Source: Promethearchaeota archaeon (GTDB lineage: Archaea > Asgardarchaeota > Lokiarchaeia > Sigyniarchaeales > SOKP01). From it: 64,000 bases of DNA. The first letter of the stretch is position 1; each line of letters starts with the position of its first letter. Under the pieces are notes generated by a model that was given only the letters and a program-made list of their open reading frames with translations, was not told the DNA's origin and made no database searches. Positions 8,806-19,310 of the stretch are shown here, one piece after another. The stretch is taken from NCBI GenBank assembly GCA_048937405.1, contig JBHLNF010000004.1, positions 229,125 to 293,124 of the forward strand, in the 5' to 3' direction. The position numbers and the translations under genes are program-made.

Positions 8806-10401
8806 ATGAAAAATAACAAAAATACTTTTATAATGGAAAACAAGAAACTAGCAATTACTGGTGCCAATGGATACTTAGGAAAACATACAATAAAGGTGGC
8901 AATTCAAAAAGGATGGGAAATTGTTGGAATTGTGAGACGAGATGATGCTGCCAAAGAAGTGGAAAACCTAGGTGCTAAACCAGTGATAATCAAAGATTTC
9001 GAAATAGAACCTTTAAAAAATGCGATAATAGGGTGTAAAGCAGTTTTACACTTTAGAGGAGTTGTGTGTGGTTCTGAAGAAACCTTTGAGAGAGTTAATA
9101 TTCAAGGAATGCGTGTTTTAGTTCAAGCAGCTTTAGAAGCAAAAGTATCTAGAATAATCTTTCCCTCCGGTTTAGGAGTTGATATGTATGGATCTAAGGA
9201 ATGGGCTAATAATTCTTATTTCCATTCTAAAAGTGTCGCTGAACAAATTCTCAAAAATGGAAACATACCTTATATTATTTTTAGACCTTCCTATATTTTA
9301 GGACCTGAAGACGAATTAATACCAGAAATTATAGAAAATCTTGGAAGTGGTATTGTTCAAATTGTTGGAAATGGACAAATACCAATGCAACCTATTTTTG
9401 TTAAAGATGCAGTCGAAGCATTTTTGGCTGCTGCTGATGGTAGAGGGGAAAAAAATCAAGTTTTCTATCTTGTTGGTTTACAAACTATAAATATGTTAGA
9501 ATTAGTCGAATTGGTTTTCAAAAATATGGTTAAGTTAGGATTTAATATCCCTCAACCACGTATCAATAATATTAAATTTGAAGATGCTCCAGATCAATTA
9601 GGAATTTGTAAAGAAATGATTGATGTAATGAGATGTGATATTATTTCAAATGGGAATATTACTGCAAACGCTTTAAATTTTAAATTATCAGAAATTGAAA
9701 AAGCAATAAAAGCAGCTATTATTGCAAAAATGACTCCAGAAGTAAAAGAAAATAAAAAAAGGGGAATTTTATTATTATCTGGAGGAATTGATTCTGTAGT
9801 TGCCCTTTATTGGGCACTTCATAACGGTTATGAAATAATTGCACTTTCATTCAATTATAATCTCCGACCAGAACAAGAGAAGAAAGCAGTTAAAAAGATA
9901 ACTGATAATCTAAATATAAAATTAATCGAAGTACCATTACAATATGTTAAGGAAGCAATAGACTTACGAATAGAAGGATTTCCCATCCCTTCAGCAATTC
10001 AAGCACCTGAAGGGTATATTCCATCACGTAATCTTGTCTATTATTCTATTGCTTCATATTTTGCTGAAATCTATGGCTCTAATTTTATAATCGGTGGACA
10101 CATATCAGTAGATCCAATTAAATTTCCTGATGCTGAGCCAAGCTTTTTTAGATCATTAGAAAAATTAGTCAATAAAGGAAAACATACCAAAGATAAAAGT
10201 GTTATAAAAATTTTATTACCTCTTTCAAAAATGACAAAAACGGATGTAATTAATTTAGGTAGGGATCTAAATGTTCCTTTTAATTGGACTTGGAGTTGTT
10301 ATAGTGATGGAGATCAACCATGTGGTAAATGTTCTTCCTGTCGAGCGCGAGATGAGGCTTTTACTAATATGAACTACTCTTTACCAAAATTTTCATTATA
10401 A
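8806..10401 (+). CDS. queC: Fusion of an NAD(P)-binding SDR/epimerase-like domain and 7-cyano-7-deazaguanine synthase QueC
   Basis: N-terminal TGANGYLG and YFHSK (YxxxK); C-terminal LSGGIDS, PSRN, FPD and WSCY...PCGKCSSC. Confidence 0.88.
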   Translation: MKNNKNTFIMENKKLAITGANGYLGKHTIKVAIQKGWEIVGIVRRDDAAKEVENLGAKPVIIKDFEIEPLKNAIIGCKAVLHFRGVVCGSEETFERVNIQGMRVLVQAALEAKVSRIIFPSGLGVDMYGSKEWANNSYFHSKSVAEQILKNGNIPYIIFRPSYILGPEDELIPEIIENLGSGIVQIVGNGQIPMQPIFVKDAVEAFLAAADGRGEKNQVFYLVGLQTINMLELVELVFKNMVKLGFNIPQPRINNIKFEDAPDQLGICKEMIDVMRCDIISNGNITANALNFKLSEIEKAIKAAIIAKMTPEVKENKKRGILLLSGGIDSVVALYWALHNGYEIIALSFNYNLRPEQEKKAVKKITDNLNIKLIEVPLQYVKEAIDLRIEGFPIPSAIQAPEGYIPSRNLVYYSIASYFAEIYGSNFIIGGHISVDPIKFPDAEPSFFRSLEKLVNKGKHTKDKSVIKILLPLSKMTKTDVINLGRDLNVPFNWTWSCYSDGDQPCGKCSSCRARDEAFTNMNYSLPKFSL

Positions 10402-10511
10402 AACTTATAGTACAATTATTAAGTTCTTTTTTTCAGTTTATGAAAGATATTAAAACCAAAATTAATATCTTATAAGTAAATGTCTAAAAAATTCAAAAAT
10501 ATTAAATCTAT

Positions 10512-11168
10512 ATGATTGGAACTGAAGATTTACCTACGGTTGGGGATTATCAAGATATCATTGTAATATGTCCAACATGCAAAACTAAAAAAGATTTAAA
10601 AATTCCTACCAAAATTATTAATCAAGCGAAACAATTAACGACTGTTTCTATCCCTTCAGGGGCTGTTTGTGAGCATAGTTTTCAATCCTTTGTAGACAAG
10701 AACTTCAAAGTTAGAGGATATCAGACTGTAGATTTTGAATTCTCTCATATGGAATTTTATGAAAGCAGTGAAGCAGAAGCAGCAGAACCAGACGATCCTA
10801 CAGTTAAACTCAGTTCACAACAATTATTCCAGGATATTATTAAACTACTAAGAAGTTATGTTGATGATAATGAAATCTTAGGATCTGGATTATTTAATGT
10901 TAATGGTCATGTTTTATATTCGTCACTTCCAAGTAATACACTCTTTTCAGTAATTAAAGAGTTTGAAGTTAGAAGTGAGAAGAAATTAAGTAATTTGAAG
11001 AAGATGTATCTTGAACTCGAAAATGATCAAAAAATCTGTTCTAATTATATTGATATTAATGAAAATAGATTTGCAATTGTCTTATTCTTTTCGCAATCTG
11101 TAAAACTTGGTATGGGAAATTTGTATCTCAATGATTTAGTCAAGAAGATTAGAACATTGGAAAATTAA
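10512..11168 (+). CDS. Zn-binding domain plus C-terminal roadblock/LC7-like domain protein
   Basis: CPTC...CEH N-domain; the C-domain has GLFNVNGHVLYSS and ends VKLGMGNLYL, typical of roadblock folds. Confidence 0.55.
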   Translation: MIGTEDLPTVGDYQDIIVICPTCKTKKDLKIPTKIINQAKQLTTVSIPSGAVCEHSFQSFVDKNFKVRGYQTVDFEFSHMEFYESSEAEAAEPDDPTVKLSSQQLFQDIIKLLRSYVDDNEILGSGLFNVNGHVLYSSLPSNTLFSVIKEFEVRSEKKLSNLKKMYLELENDQKICSNYIDINENRFAIVLFFSQSVKLGMGNLYLNDLVKKIRTLEN

Positions 11169-11295
11169 GGAAAAATATTAATCTCTTATTATTTTTTCCT
11201 ACATGAGTGTTATTAAACATTACATAAATAGTTATAAATATTGCTAATATTATGTGCTTTATAAGAGTATAAAGTTAAAGATTTTTTACATTAAA

Positions 11296-12132
11296 ATGGA
11301 TCTCCAAAAAATCAAAACTAAGATTATTCAAGATTTGAAAGAGCAAATTCCAGAAATAAATAATGACAATATCATAATTTCTGAATTGCCTAGTAAACAA
11401 AATTCAGTAATTCATCTCTTATTTAATACTAAACCATCTAAATTACCAAAAGAAGTAGTAATTAAAATTTTCTTCACAAAAAATATCGCTCATGAAATAA
11501 ATATCTTGACCAGATTAAAAAATCAAAATTTACACGTACCAAGTATTTTATTTTATCAATCTCCCTATTTAATTCTTGAAAAAGTTAGTGGTTCCAATTT
11601 ATGCGATCTTATCAATAAAAGTTTAAAAGGAACACAACAATTAGAAGATCTGACCGTCGAAGTAAGAAATCAACTTATTCATAGTGTAGAAAAGCTTGCA
11701 GAATTTCTTGCTCAATTACATGCAAAGAATTTTGTGAGAAAAGTATATGTATCAAAAAAGAAGTTTGTACTATGCAAAGGGAATACAAGATTGAGAGATT
11801 TTATTTATGATTCCATCAATGATGTCATATATGCCCTCGATTTTGAAGATTCATATGAAGGAAATCATATGGATGACTTAGCATGGATCTGCACTTCTTT
11901 ACTCGACACTGATCCAGGACTCTTTGAAATGGAAGAACCAAAACATAAAGTTGACCTCATTAATAGCTTTTTAAGAAAATACTACAGAACAAATCCAACT
12001 TTTCCATTTGATTTTAATTATTTAGCTGAAAAAATAATAGAATATTTAAATATAGTAATAGAAAGAAGAAATCTCCCCTATGGTGTTGTTAGCAAAGAAA
12101 AGCTTATTAGGGGTATTTCGAAAGAAATATAA
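11296..12132 (+). CDS. Atypical protein kinase-fold (APH/RIO/Bud32-like) protein
   Basis: VVIK, HEINIL and DFE are present; the catalytic loop is altered to KGNTRLRD. ATG at 11296 is the likely start. Confidence 0.65.
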   Translation: MDLQKIKTKIIQDLKEQIPEINNDNIIISELPSKQNSVIHLLFNTKPSKLPKEVVIKIFFTKNIAHEINILTRLKNQNLHVPSILFYQSPYLILEKVSGSNLCDLINKSLKGTQQLEDLTVEVRNQLIHSVEKLAEFLAQLHAKNFVRKVYVSKKKFVLCKGNTRLRDFIYDSINDVIYALDFEDSYEGNHMDDLAWICTSLLDTDPGLFEMEEPKHKVDLINSFLRKYYRTNPTFPFDFNYLAEKIIEYLNIVIERRNLPYGVVSKEKLIRGISKEI

Positions 12133-12227
12133 GCTTTTTTTCTAACTTTCTAAAAATCAATATTTAATAATACTAACACTATTATTTTATAAAAATTTGA
12201 TAAAACTATTTTTAAAAGTGAATTTGT

Positions 12228-12974
12228 ATGAGCATTACGGATACAAAAAACTCGCTAAAAAAGATAATCTCAATTATTGAAGAGTTAAATGGATTAAATT
12301 CAGATTCAATTCCCAAATTACAAACTCAACCAACCAATCTACTAGACGAAATTGGAAAATTTGAAGAAATTAAAGCAAATGATCTAAATACTATTGAATC
12401 TAATGATGATGAAATTAATAGTTTGAAAAATAAAATTTCTCAAAATCAAAGGGATATTACTTCTTTAGAAGAGAATAATGCAGAACTTACAAGTCAACGC
12501 CAAGTACTTCTTGATAAAATTCAAGATGCTCAAAATGAATTAAATGAAACTCAAACAAGAATAACGAACCGAAAGGAAGAATTAGCAGCTCGAAACAGTC
12601 GATTGGATGAATTAGAAAATAGACTTGTAGAGTTAAAAGATCTTCAAGAAAAATTTGACAATAAAATGAAAGAATTTGAAACTCAACTTCAAAACGAATT
12701 TTCTAAAAAAGAAGCGTTTAGTAATTCATATGCGATGCGAGCGGCTGCAATGAAGTCTTTAATTAAGGCAGGTTATATTCAATCACCACAACTAAAGGTG
12801 ATTAACTCATTAGTTCCTCAAACAACTTTAGAAATAAAGGGTTTGGTCTCAGCAAGTGGTTTAAGAGAAGATATATTTAGAAATATACTTGTGAAAATGG
12901 TTCAAAAGAATGGACCGATTGAATACGATGAGGGAAGTGGAACAGTGACATTAAAAAGTGAGGTGGATTTCTAA
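12228..12974 (+). CDS. Long coiled-coil protein with a C-terminal winged-helix domain (paralog A)
   Basis: Heptad-rich E/K/L/N region followed by a helical domain with wing IEYDEGSGTVTL. Confidence 0.7.
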   Translation: MSITDTKNSLKKIISIIEELNGLNSDSIPKLQTQPTNLLDEIGKFEEIKANDLNTIESNDDEINSLKNKISQNQRDITSLEENNAELTSQRQVLLDKIQDAQNELNETQTRITNRKEELAARNSRLDELENRLVELKDLQEKFDNKMKEFETQLQNEFSKKEAFSNSYAMRAAAMKSLIKAGYIQSPQLKVINSLVPQTTLEIKGLVSASGLREDIFRNILVKMVQKNGPIEYDEGSGTVTLKSEVDF

Positions 12975-13702
12975 TGGGATCGCAAGAGATATTAGCATTA
13001 ATAGAGCAATTTGAGACTGCTTATGATACCTATTGGCAAGTTCTACAAAAACATAATGAAGAAGTACTTTCTCAATTAAAAGAAGCATGGCGTTATATGC
13101 AAGCAGAACAAAAAGAAGAAGAGACAATCAAGGAAAAATTGTCAGTACAAAATTCGGAATTAACAGAATTAAGAACAAAATCAGAAGAATTAGATAAAAC
13201 TATTGAAGGATTAAAAGCCAAAAAGGATGAATTAAATTCAAAAATATCTGAATTAACTAATACCTTGGAAACTAGTGTAAATGATTTAAAAAAACCTTCC
13301 TTTGAACTTACTCAACTTGAGGAAAAGCTCGCATCTGTAAATGAAAAAATTACCACAAAAGAAGAAGAAAAAACTGCATTAGATCAAAAAACAGTGGAAA
13401 ATGAAAACCGAGAAGTAGAATTAAAAAACTCTTATCAGAAAAAGATGGATGAATTAGAAGCAAAAATTGATCAATTGAGACAAGAAAACTTCTTTACATC
13501 ATTTCTAATCGAAAATTCGGACGAGGAAATCCATGAAGTTGACATATTAGCTACAATTATGGATAAGGGGGAAGCTAGATTGGATGATTTAAAGAAACTT
13601 CTTGATGTTCCACCAATAATGGCTGTTCGCACTATAAAACAACTAGCAGTGAAAGGCATCCTTAACCTTGACGAGAGTAGTGGGAAGGTAACTCTACCTT
13701 AA
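12974..13702 (+). CDS. Long coiled-coil protein with a C-terminal winged-helix domain (paralog B)
   Basis: Coiled coil followed by VDILATIMDKG...VRTIKQLAVKGILNLDESSGKVTL; TAATG overlap with the upstream gene. Confidence 0.72.
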   Translation: MGSQEILALIEQFETAYDTYWQVLQKHNEEVLSQLKEAWRYMQAEQKEEETIKEKLSVQNSELTELRTKSEELDKTIEGLKAKKDELNSKISELTNTLETSVNDLKKPSFELTQLEEKLASVNEKITTKEEEKTALDQKTVENENREVELKNSYQKKMDELEAKIDQLRQENFFTSFLIENSDEEIHEVDILATIMDKGEARLDDLKKLLDVPPIMAVRTIKQLAVKGILNLDESSGKVTLP

Positions 13703-13844
13703 ACTGATTTTTTATTATTTTTTCTATTTTTATTTTTGAAATTTTTATTTTAACTTTTTTGCTTTTCCTTAGGTTTAAATAAAGATTCTTTTCTTACAGA
13801 TACAAGATATTATTTTTTTCTATTGTAATGTATAGGGATTTAAA

Positions 13845-14702
13845 TTGATTGCACAATTTATAAGTGGGGCGGGGTATAATCATAACCTTAATTTCGTACT
13901 TTTAGGTCCTTTATTAATAATTTTGATATATGGCGTTTTTTACTTTAGATATCGGAAGTATACTAATAAGATCTACTTGAAACTAGCTTTTAACATGACA
14001 ATTCTTATTATGAGTGTTGCATACATAATTTTACTTCATGTGGGCACTTTTAATAATTCCTGGATATCAAGTATGACAATGATGCCTTTAGGAGTTTTAT
14101 TAGTGTTATATATGATATATTATATTTTAAAGCTTGTTAAAAAAGCGCAAGAAGATCTAGAAAGGATTATTGCTTCAGCTTCAGATGTATCAATAAATGT
14201 TGCAAATATGGCATCTGAATTGGCAGCAAGTGCCAATCAAGTAAGTTCTAGTTCGGAAGAAATTGCTACTACAACACAAGATGTGAGCAGTCAAGCTCAA
14301 CAAATGATGGATTTTTCAGAAGAGATACGAAAAATAATGACACTCATAGTAAATATATCTGAGCAAACGAATCTACTAGCATTGAATGCAAGCATTGAGG
14401 CTGGCAGAGCTGGTCAACAGGGGAAAGGATTTGGTGTAGTAGCTGATGAGGTCAGAAAGCTTGCAGAAGAATCTAAAGGTATCGTCAAAGAATCAAATGA
14501 GAAGATAGGTTATATTATTAATATGATCCAGAATACTAGTTCATCAATGGAACAAATTAGTACGTCTTCCGAAGAACAAACCTCGTCTATGGAAGAAATA
14601 ACATCGACTGCTAATAAATTGAATAATTTATCTGAAGAACTAAAATCCACATTAATTTCGGTTGAAGAAAAACTAGTGATTCAAGAAAAAAAGCTTATTT
14701 AA
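13845..14702 (+). CDS. Methyl-accepting chemotaxis-like membrane protein with a short signalling domain
   Basis: About 3 TM helices followed by the [17 protein letters not shown]...[14 protein letters not shown] hairpin tip. Confidence 0.88.
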   Translation: MIAQFISGAGYNHNLNFVLLGPLLIILIYGVFYFRYRKYTNKIYLKLAFNMTILIMSVAYIILLHVGTFNNSWISSMTMMPLGVLLVLYMIYYILKLVKKAQEDLERIIASASDVSINVANMASELAASANQVSSSSEEIATTTQDVSSQAQQMMDFSEEIRKIMTLIVNISEQTNLLALNASIEAGRAGQQGKGFGVVADEVRKLAEESKGIVKESNEKIGYIINMIQNTSSSMEQISTSSEEQTSSMEEITSTANKLNNLSEELKSTLISVEEKLVIQEKKLI

Positions 14703-15239
14703 ACTAGCTATAGAATGATTTTTTCTTTTTCTTTTAATTTTTCTAATTCCTACTCCATAGTTATCCTTTTTATACAGAAATATAATAGTATTGCCTCGTG
14801 TTTAGCAAGGTCTTTGAATAATTATTATTTGATCTTCTACATAATTTTTAATTTTACTTATTTTTATTTTTAAAATTACATATTCTTATAGACACTTAAG
14901 ATTTTGAATAAGTTAAAGAAGGATATAGAGAGTTATGAATTCAAGGATTTATATGATGAGCGTCCGGTTATATTAAATAAACATTTCCATTTTTTTAATC
15001 TGAATAACAATTTAATTTGCTTCTAATTTTTATACTCATCTATTGAAATATAAAGTTTATTGGAGTATCCAGTATCTGCAAAAGTGTAATAGACAAATTT
15101 ATTAATTATTCCAATTTATGCTTTTACTTATCGTTTCAGAAGGCTTAAAGGAAAATATCAATTATTTACTTTAAATTTCACACTTTTTTAATAAATCTTT
15201 ATAGTTCACAACTAATTAAATAATAACCTATAATGGCTT

Positions 15240-16349
15240 ATGAAGAGATTTAAGAGCATTGATATCTTTCGGGGTTTAGGAATGATTTATATTATGGCTT
15301 CACATATGATAGATTGGTGGGCTATAGAAGATTGGTTATTTTATATACCTGTATCCCTGTTTTCAGCACTCGGTGCTGCAGGATTTGTATTTATATCAGG
15401 AGTTAGTACAATGATCTCTTATAGAAAAAGATTTGAGAGGGTTAAAACAGATGAAAATTATAATTATAATACACTCAGAAAAGAATATCTCATTCGAGGT
15501 TTGTTAATTTTGGGTCTTGGTATAGTTTATAATGGAGTTGTTGCTATTGAGTTTCTTGATCCTTTAATAATATGGAAATGGTTTATCATTTTAACAGTAG
15601 CAGCATCACTTCTATTAGCCTGGCCTTTTCTCAGAACCTCAAAAATGGTAAGAATTTTCACAGCAGTTATAATCTGGATTGTTAATCAAGTGGTATTAGC
15701 ATTTTTAATGAAATTCGAAGGAAAATTCGATTTTTTTGGGATAATTTTTTTTATCTTATATAATTCTCTTGACCAAAATCCTATCTTAGCTTTCTTTACT
15801 TTTTTTATCATAGGTACGGTTATAGGAGATATGATCTATGATTATTCAAATATAGAGATGGAGGCTGAAAGAAAAAAATTTTTTAAAATGAAAATTATTA
15901 TCCCTATTTTAGTATGTGGTATAATTCTGATTGCAGCAAGTTTTTGGTTTTTACTACCTAATTTATTTACAGAAAAAATACTCACAATTAATACCAATAT
16001 CTGGTGGTTAACTTATACTTTGGGGTTAGACCTAATTATAATTTTAATATTGTTAATCCTTGAAGAAAATAATTTTTTTGATACCAAGAAAAGCTATAAA
16101 ATCTTATTTTATTTTTCTTATTACTCTCTAACTTTGTTTCTGCTACAAAATATTAATTATTTCTTATTTTTAGGCATATTAAATAGATTCAATATCTGGA
16201 TTTTCATCATAATAACAATGATAGGCTACGGATTGTTTTTAAGACTAATGTATAAAAGATTTGAGGGGAAATTTTCATTGAAAGTACAAATTGGTAGATT
16301 AACTTTAGCAATAATGAGAAGATTGAATAATCAAAAACCATTAAAATAA
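15240..16349 (+). CDS. Polytopic membrane acyltransferase-like protein (HGSNAT/DUF1624-like)
   Basis: RFKSIDIFRG...SH and FVFISGVS motifs; many TM helices. Confidence 0.7.
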   Translation: MKRFKSIDIFRGLGMIYIMASHMIDWWAIEDWLFYIPVSLFSALGAAGFVFISGVSTMISYRKRFERVKTDENYNYNTLRKEYLIRGLLILGLGIVYNGVVAIEFLDPLIIWKWFIILTVAASLLLAWPFLRTSKMVRIFTAVIIWIVNQVVLAFLMKFEGKFDFFGIIFFILYNSLDQNPILAFFTFFIIGTVIGDMIYDYSNIEMEAERKKFFKMKIIIPILVCGIILIAASFWFLLPNLFTEKILTINTNIWWLTYTLGLDLIIILILLILEENNFFDTKKSYKILFYFSYYSLTLFLLQNINYFLFLGILNRFNIWIFIIITMIGYGLFLRLMYKRFEGKFSLKVQIGRLTLAIMRRLNNQKPLK

Positions 16350-16603
16350 ATTTTCTCTTCGAATTCTATACCTTTAAAGAATTTACTTCTTAAATATTCC
16401 TTATATTCTTTTTATTTGTGATTGTTTAATAATCAAGCTGATAATATGGTATTTTCTATAAATTTAAAATAATATCTGAATTTAATGAAGTAATAGAACT
16501 TTATATCAATCGTAGTAAATAATACTGAAAATACTATAAAAATTGAAAATATAAACGAATTTCTAAGAATGAGCTATGAAAAAAAGATTAGAGGTGGAAT
16601 AAA

Positions 16604-17530
16604 ATTTCCGATAAGAAAATGACTATGAAAGAAGCGATAAGGAAATTTGTTAATGATGGTGAATTGGTTTTTTTAGGTGGTTTTGGTCATGGTATTCCGT
16701 ATTCTGCGGCTCATGAAATGATAAGATTAAAAAAGCGGAAACTCAGACTTTGTAAAGCCAGTGGAGGGATCTTATTTGATCAATTAATTGGTGCAGGAGT
16801 TACAAATCATATAATTGCATCACATTGTTGGAATGGATTCGGTCCACAACCTACTTGGAATTATAAGCGAGCTATGGAAAAAGGAATCCCACAAAAAATA
16901 ATCTATAATGAACAATCATTATTCATGATTAATATGTCGTTTTTTGCGGGATATATGGGTATCCCATTTGTTCCAATTAGATCACTTATAGGTACAAGTA
17001 TCATTGATCACCCAAAAGAAGTTGGACTAAAAGCTGCTAAGGTAAAATGTCCTTTCACGGGAGAAGAAATTTGTGTTGTTCCTGCTATCAAACCCAATGT
17101 TGGAATAATACATGTACAAAGAGCCGATGTTGAAGGAAATGCTCAAATGTGGGGTTTTATTGGTGAAAATAAACATGGGATTAATGCTTGTAAAAAAGTT
17201 ATTGTATCTGCAGAAGAAATAGTAGATAAAAGGATTATTATGGAATCTCCAGAGCGAACAATAGTAAACTCATATAAAGTTGATGCTGTTGTTCATGAAC
17301 CTTGGGGGGGTCATCCCAATAGCATGCAAGGATATTATTATACCGACATAGAATATAACTTTGACTATACGAAAGAAACAAAAACTCTTGAAAAATGGGA
17401 AAATTGGCTTGAAAAATGGGTTACCGGAGTAAATGATAGAAAAGAATATTTAAAAGTGTTAGGTGATAAAAGGATTAAGAAATTGAAAGTTAAGAATATA
17501 ATACAAGGAGCTGTAAACTATGGGTTCTGA
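16604..17530 (+). CDS. Family I CoA-transferase subunit A (GctA-like)
   Basis: IIHVQRADVEGNA, VIVSAEEIV and PWGGHP motifs. Start is either ATT 16604 (after SD GAGGTG) or ATG 16619. Confidence 0.88.
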   Translation: MSDKKMTMKEAIRKFVNDGELVFLGGFGHGIPYSAAHEMIRLKKRKLRLCKASGGILFDQLIGAGVTNHIIASHCWNGFGPQPTWNYKRAMEKGIPQKIIYNEQSLFMINMSFFAGYMGIPFVPIRSLIGTSIIDHPKEVGLKAAKVKCPFTGEEICVVPAIKPNVGIIHVQRADVEGNAQMWGFIGENKHGINACKKVIVSAEEIVDKRIIMESPERTIVNSYKVDAVVHEPWGGHPNSMQGYYYTDIEYNFDYTKETKTLEKWENWLEKWVTGVNDRKEYLKVLGDKRIKKLKVKNIIQGAVNYGF

Positions 17531-18359
17531 AGTAGAGAAAAAGTATTGTACTGAGTATACTGGTTACGAAATGATGTTAATATCGGCTAGCAGACAAATT
17601 AAAGCAAATGATATAATATTTAATGCTTTTCATTGGCCATATCTAGTCGTTCATATAGCAAGATTATTACACTTTCCCAATCTCTATACTTTTATTGAAA
17701 TAGGAAATACACAAGATGAACTTATCAAACCAACAAAGATGCCTTATTCTATAAGTGATCCGGTTATAGTTCCAAACTCACTATTTTTAGGAGATTCAGT
17801 TGATGTTTTATCAGTTCTCCAGCGAGGAGAAATAACATTAGCCTTTCTAAGCACTTCAATGATAGATAAGTATGGTAATTGCAATACTACTGTAATAGGA
17901 CCATATGATAAACCAATTTATCGGCTACCTGGGGGTGGAGGTGCTACAGAGATTGCAGCATTATCAAAAAAATTGATCTGGCTTTTAGATGAACATACTA
18001 AACGCAGATTTCAAAATAAATTAGAATATATTACCGATCCAGGATATTTAGATGGATATGATAGTAGAGTCAAGGCGGGATATCCTCCTGATACCGGTCC
18101 AGAAGCTATTATTTCCCCTCTAGGTATTATGCGGTTTGATTCCAAAACTAAAGAAGCATATTTAGAAGCTTTACACCCAAATATATCCATTGAAGAAGTA
18201 AAAGAAAATACCGGATGGGATCTAAAGGTAACGAACAATTTAAAACAAATTGAACCCCCAACAATTAGAGAAATCGAAGTATGCAGGAAAACTATGAAAG
18301 ACGCCATTGAACAGCGCTATATATTAAAACCAGAGTGGATTACCTATTTAAAGAAGTAA
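17520..18359 (+). CDS. Family I CoA-transferase subunit B (GctB-like)
   Basis: FIEIG (putative catalytic Glu), IDKYGNCNTT, LPGGGGA and ENTGW motifs. Confidence 0.88.
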   Translation: MGSEVEKKYCTEYTGYEMMLISASRQIKANDIIFNAFHWPYLVVHIARLLHFPNLYTFIEIGNTQDELIKPTKMPYSISDPVIVPNSLFLGDSVDVLSVLQRGEITLAFLSTSMIDKYGNCNTTVIGPYDKPIYRLPGGGGATEIAALSKKLIWLLDEHTKRRFQNKLEYITDPGYLDGYDSRVKAGYPPDTGPEAIISPLGIMRFDSKTKEAYLEALHPNISIEEVKENTGWDLKVTNNLKQIEPPTIREIEVCRKTMKDAIEQRYILKPEWITYLKK

Positions 18360-18477
18360 TTTTAGTTCCTCTATATAACTTTCTAATCTGTTTTTTTTAA
18401 GTATATTTATAATTTTCTTTCAATTTTAATTCTTTAAGGTTTTAGAGAATAGAATTAATATTGTATTTATTCATTGA

Positions 18478-18551
18478 TGACTAATAGTCAATTAGTGACC
18501 AAAAGTTTAAATACTAAAAATATTATTAATATATTTAATGACCCTTGGTCA
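18478..18551 (+). promoter_or_regulatory. TetR-1 promoter: palindromic operators TGAC-N5-GTCA flanking BRE/TATA
   Basis: TGACTAATAGTCA at 18478-18490, CCAAAAGTTTAAATA at 18499-18513 and TGACCCTTGGTCA at 18539-18551. Confidence 0.75.
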
Positions 18552-18580
18552 GAAAGTTACCCACGTTCAATTTGATGCAA

Positions 18581-19270
18581 ATGAATAACGAGCGTAAAAA
18601 ACGTATCCAACAAAGAAAAGAAAGGGAAAAGGAACAAAGGCGTCATAAAATCCTAATGACAGCTATGGAGTTTTTTATTTCAAAAGGATTTGATGAAACT
18701 ACCATGGAAGATATTGCTCTTAAAGCTTCATTAAGTAAAGGAACGTTATATAATTACTTTAATTCCAAAGATGATCTTTACTTGGCTGTAGCAACTAGAG
18801 CGACCAGAAAACTAAATGATTCTTACGAAACTAATGACTTAACCTCCAAATCAGAAATAGAACGTCTTTTATCGAAAGGTTATGCTACATACGAATTTTC
18901 AAAAAAGCATCCAAACCTATACAAGATTGCAAGTGAGATCCGTAAAGATCCTGTTTATCTAAACATATATAAAAAAGTAATAGAGGGAGCGCCTTTAAAC
19001 CGAAACGAAACAGAAATGAACGTTGAGATACAGCGATATCAACAATTAATATTTAATCCAATAAAAGAAGCGATTGATAAAAAACTCATAAGAGATGACT
19101 TAACACCAAAGTTTTTAACATTTACATTAACATCTTTAACAGGGGGACTAATTGATCTTCTTAGAAATTTTCATCCTCTTTATGAATCTATGGGAATAAA
19201 TCCTGATGATATTATTGATTTGGTGTTAGATTGGGTAGCTGAAGGTTTAAAACCTAAGAACCAAGACTAA
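18581..19270 (+). CDS. TetR/AcrR family regulator
   Basis: GFDETTMEDIA...SKGTLYNYFNSKDDL. ATG at 18575 or 18581 is preferred over TTG 18545, which lies inside an operator. Confidence 0.92.
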   Translation: MNNERKKRIQQRKEREKEQRRHKILMTAMEFFISKGFDETTMEDIALKASLSKGTLYNYFNSKDDLYLAVATRATRKLNDSYETNDLTSKSEIERLLSKGYATYEFSKKHPNLYKIASEIRKDPVYLNIYKKVIEGAPLNRNETEMNVEIQRYQQLIFNPIKEAIDKKLIRDDLTPKFLTFTLTSLTGGLIDLLRNFHPLYESMGINPDDIIDLVLDWVAEGLKPKNQD

Positions 19271-19310
19271 GAAATAAAAAATTTAACAAATTTAAAAGGA
19301 GGTTGTAAAA

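Noticed and set aside
8806-13702. QueC plus kinase plus coiled-coil genes as a Qat/CBASS-type defence system
   Set aside because: No TatD, P-loop ATPase, cyclase or TGT partner; adjacent queD points to preQ0 metabolism.
14905-15010. Protein-like fragment (LNKLKKDIESYEFKDLYDERP)
   Set aside because: Too short, with no motif to support a pseudogene call.
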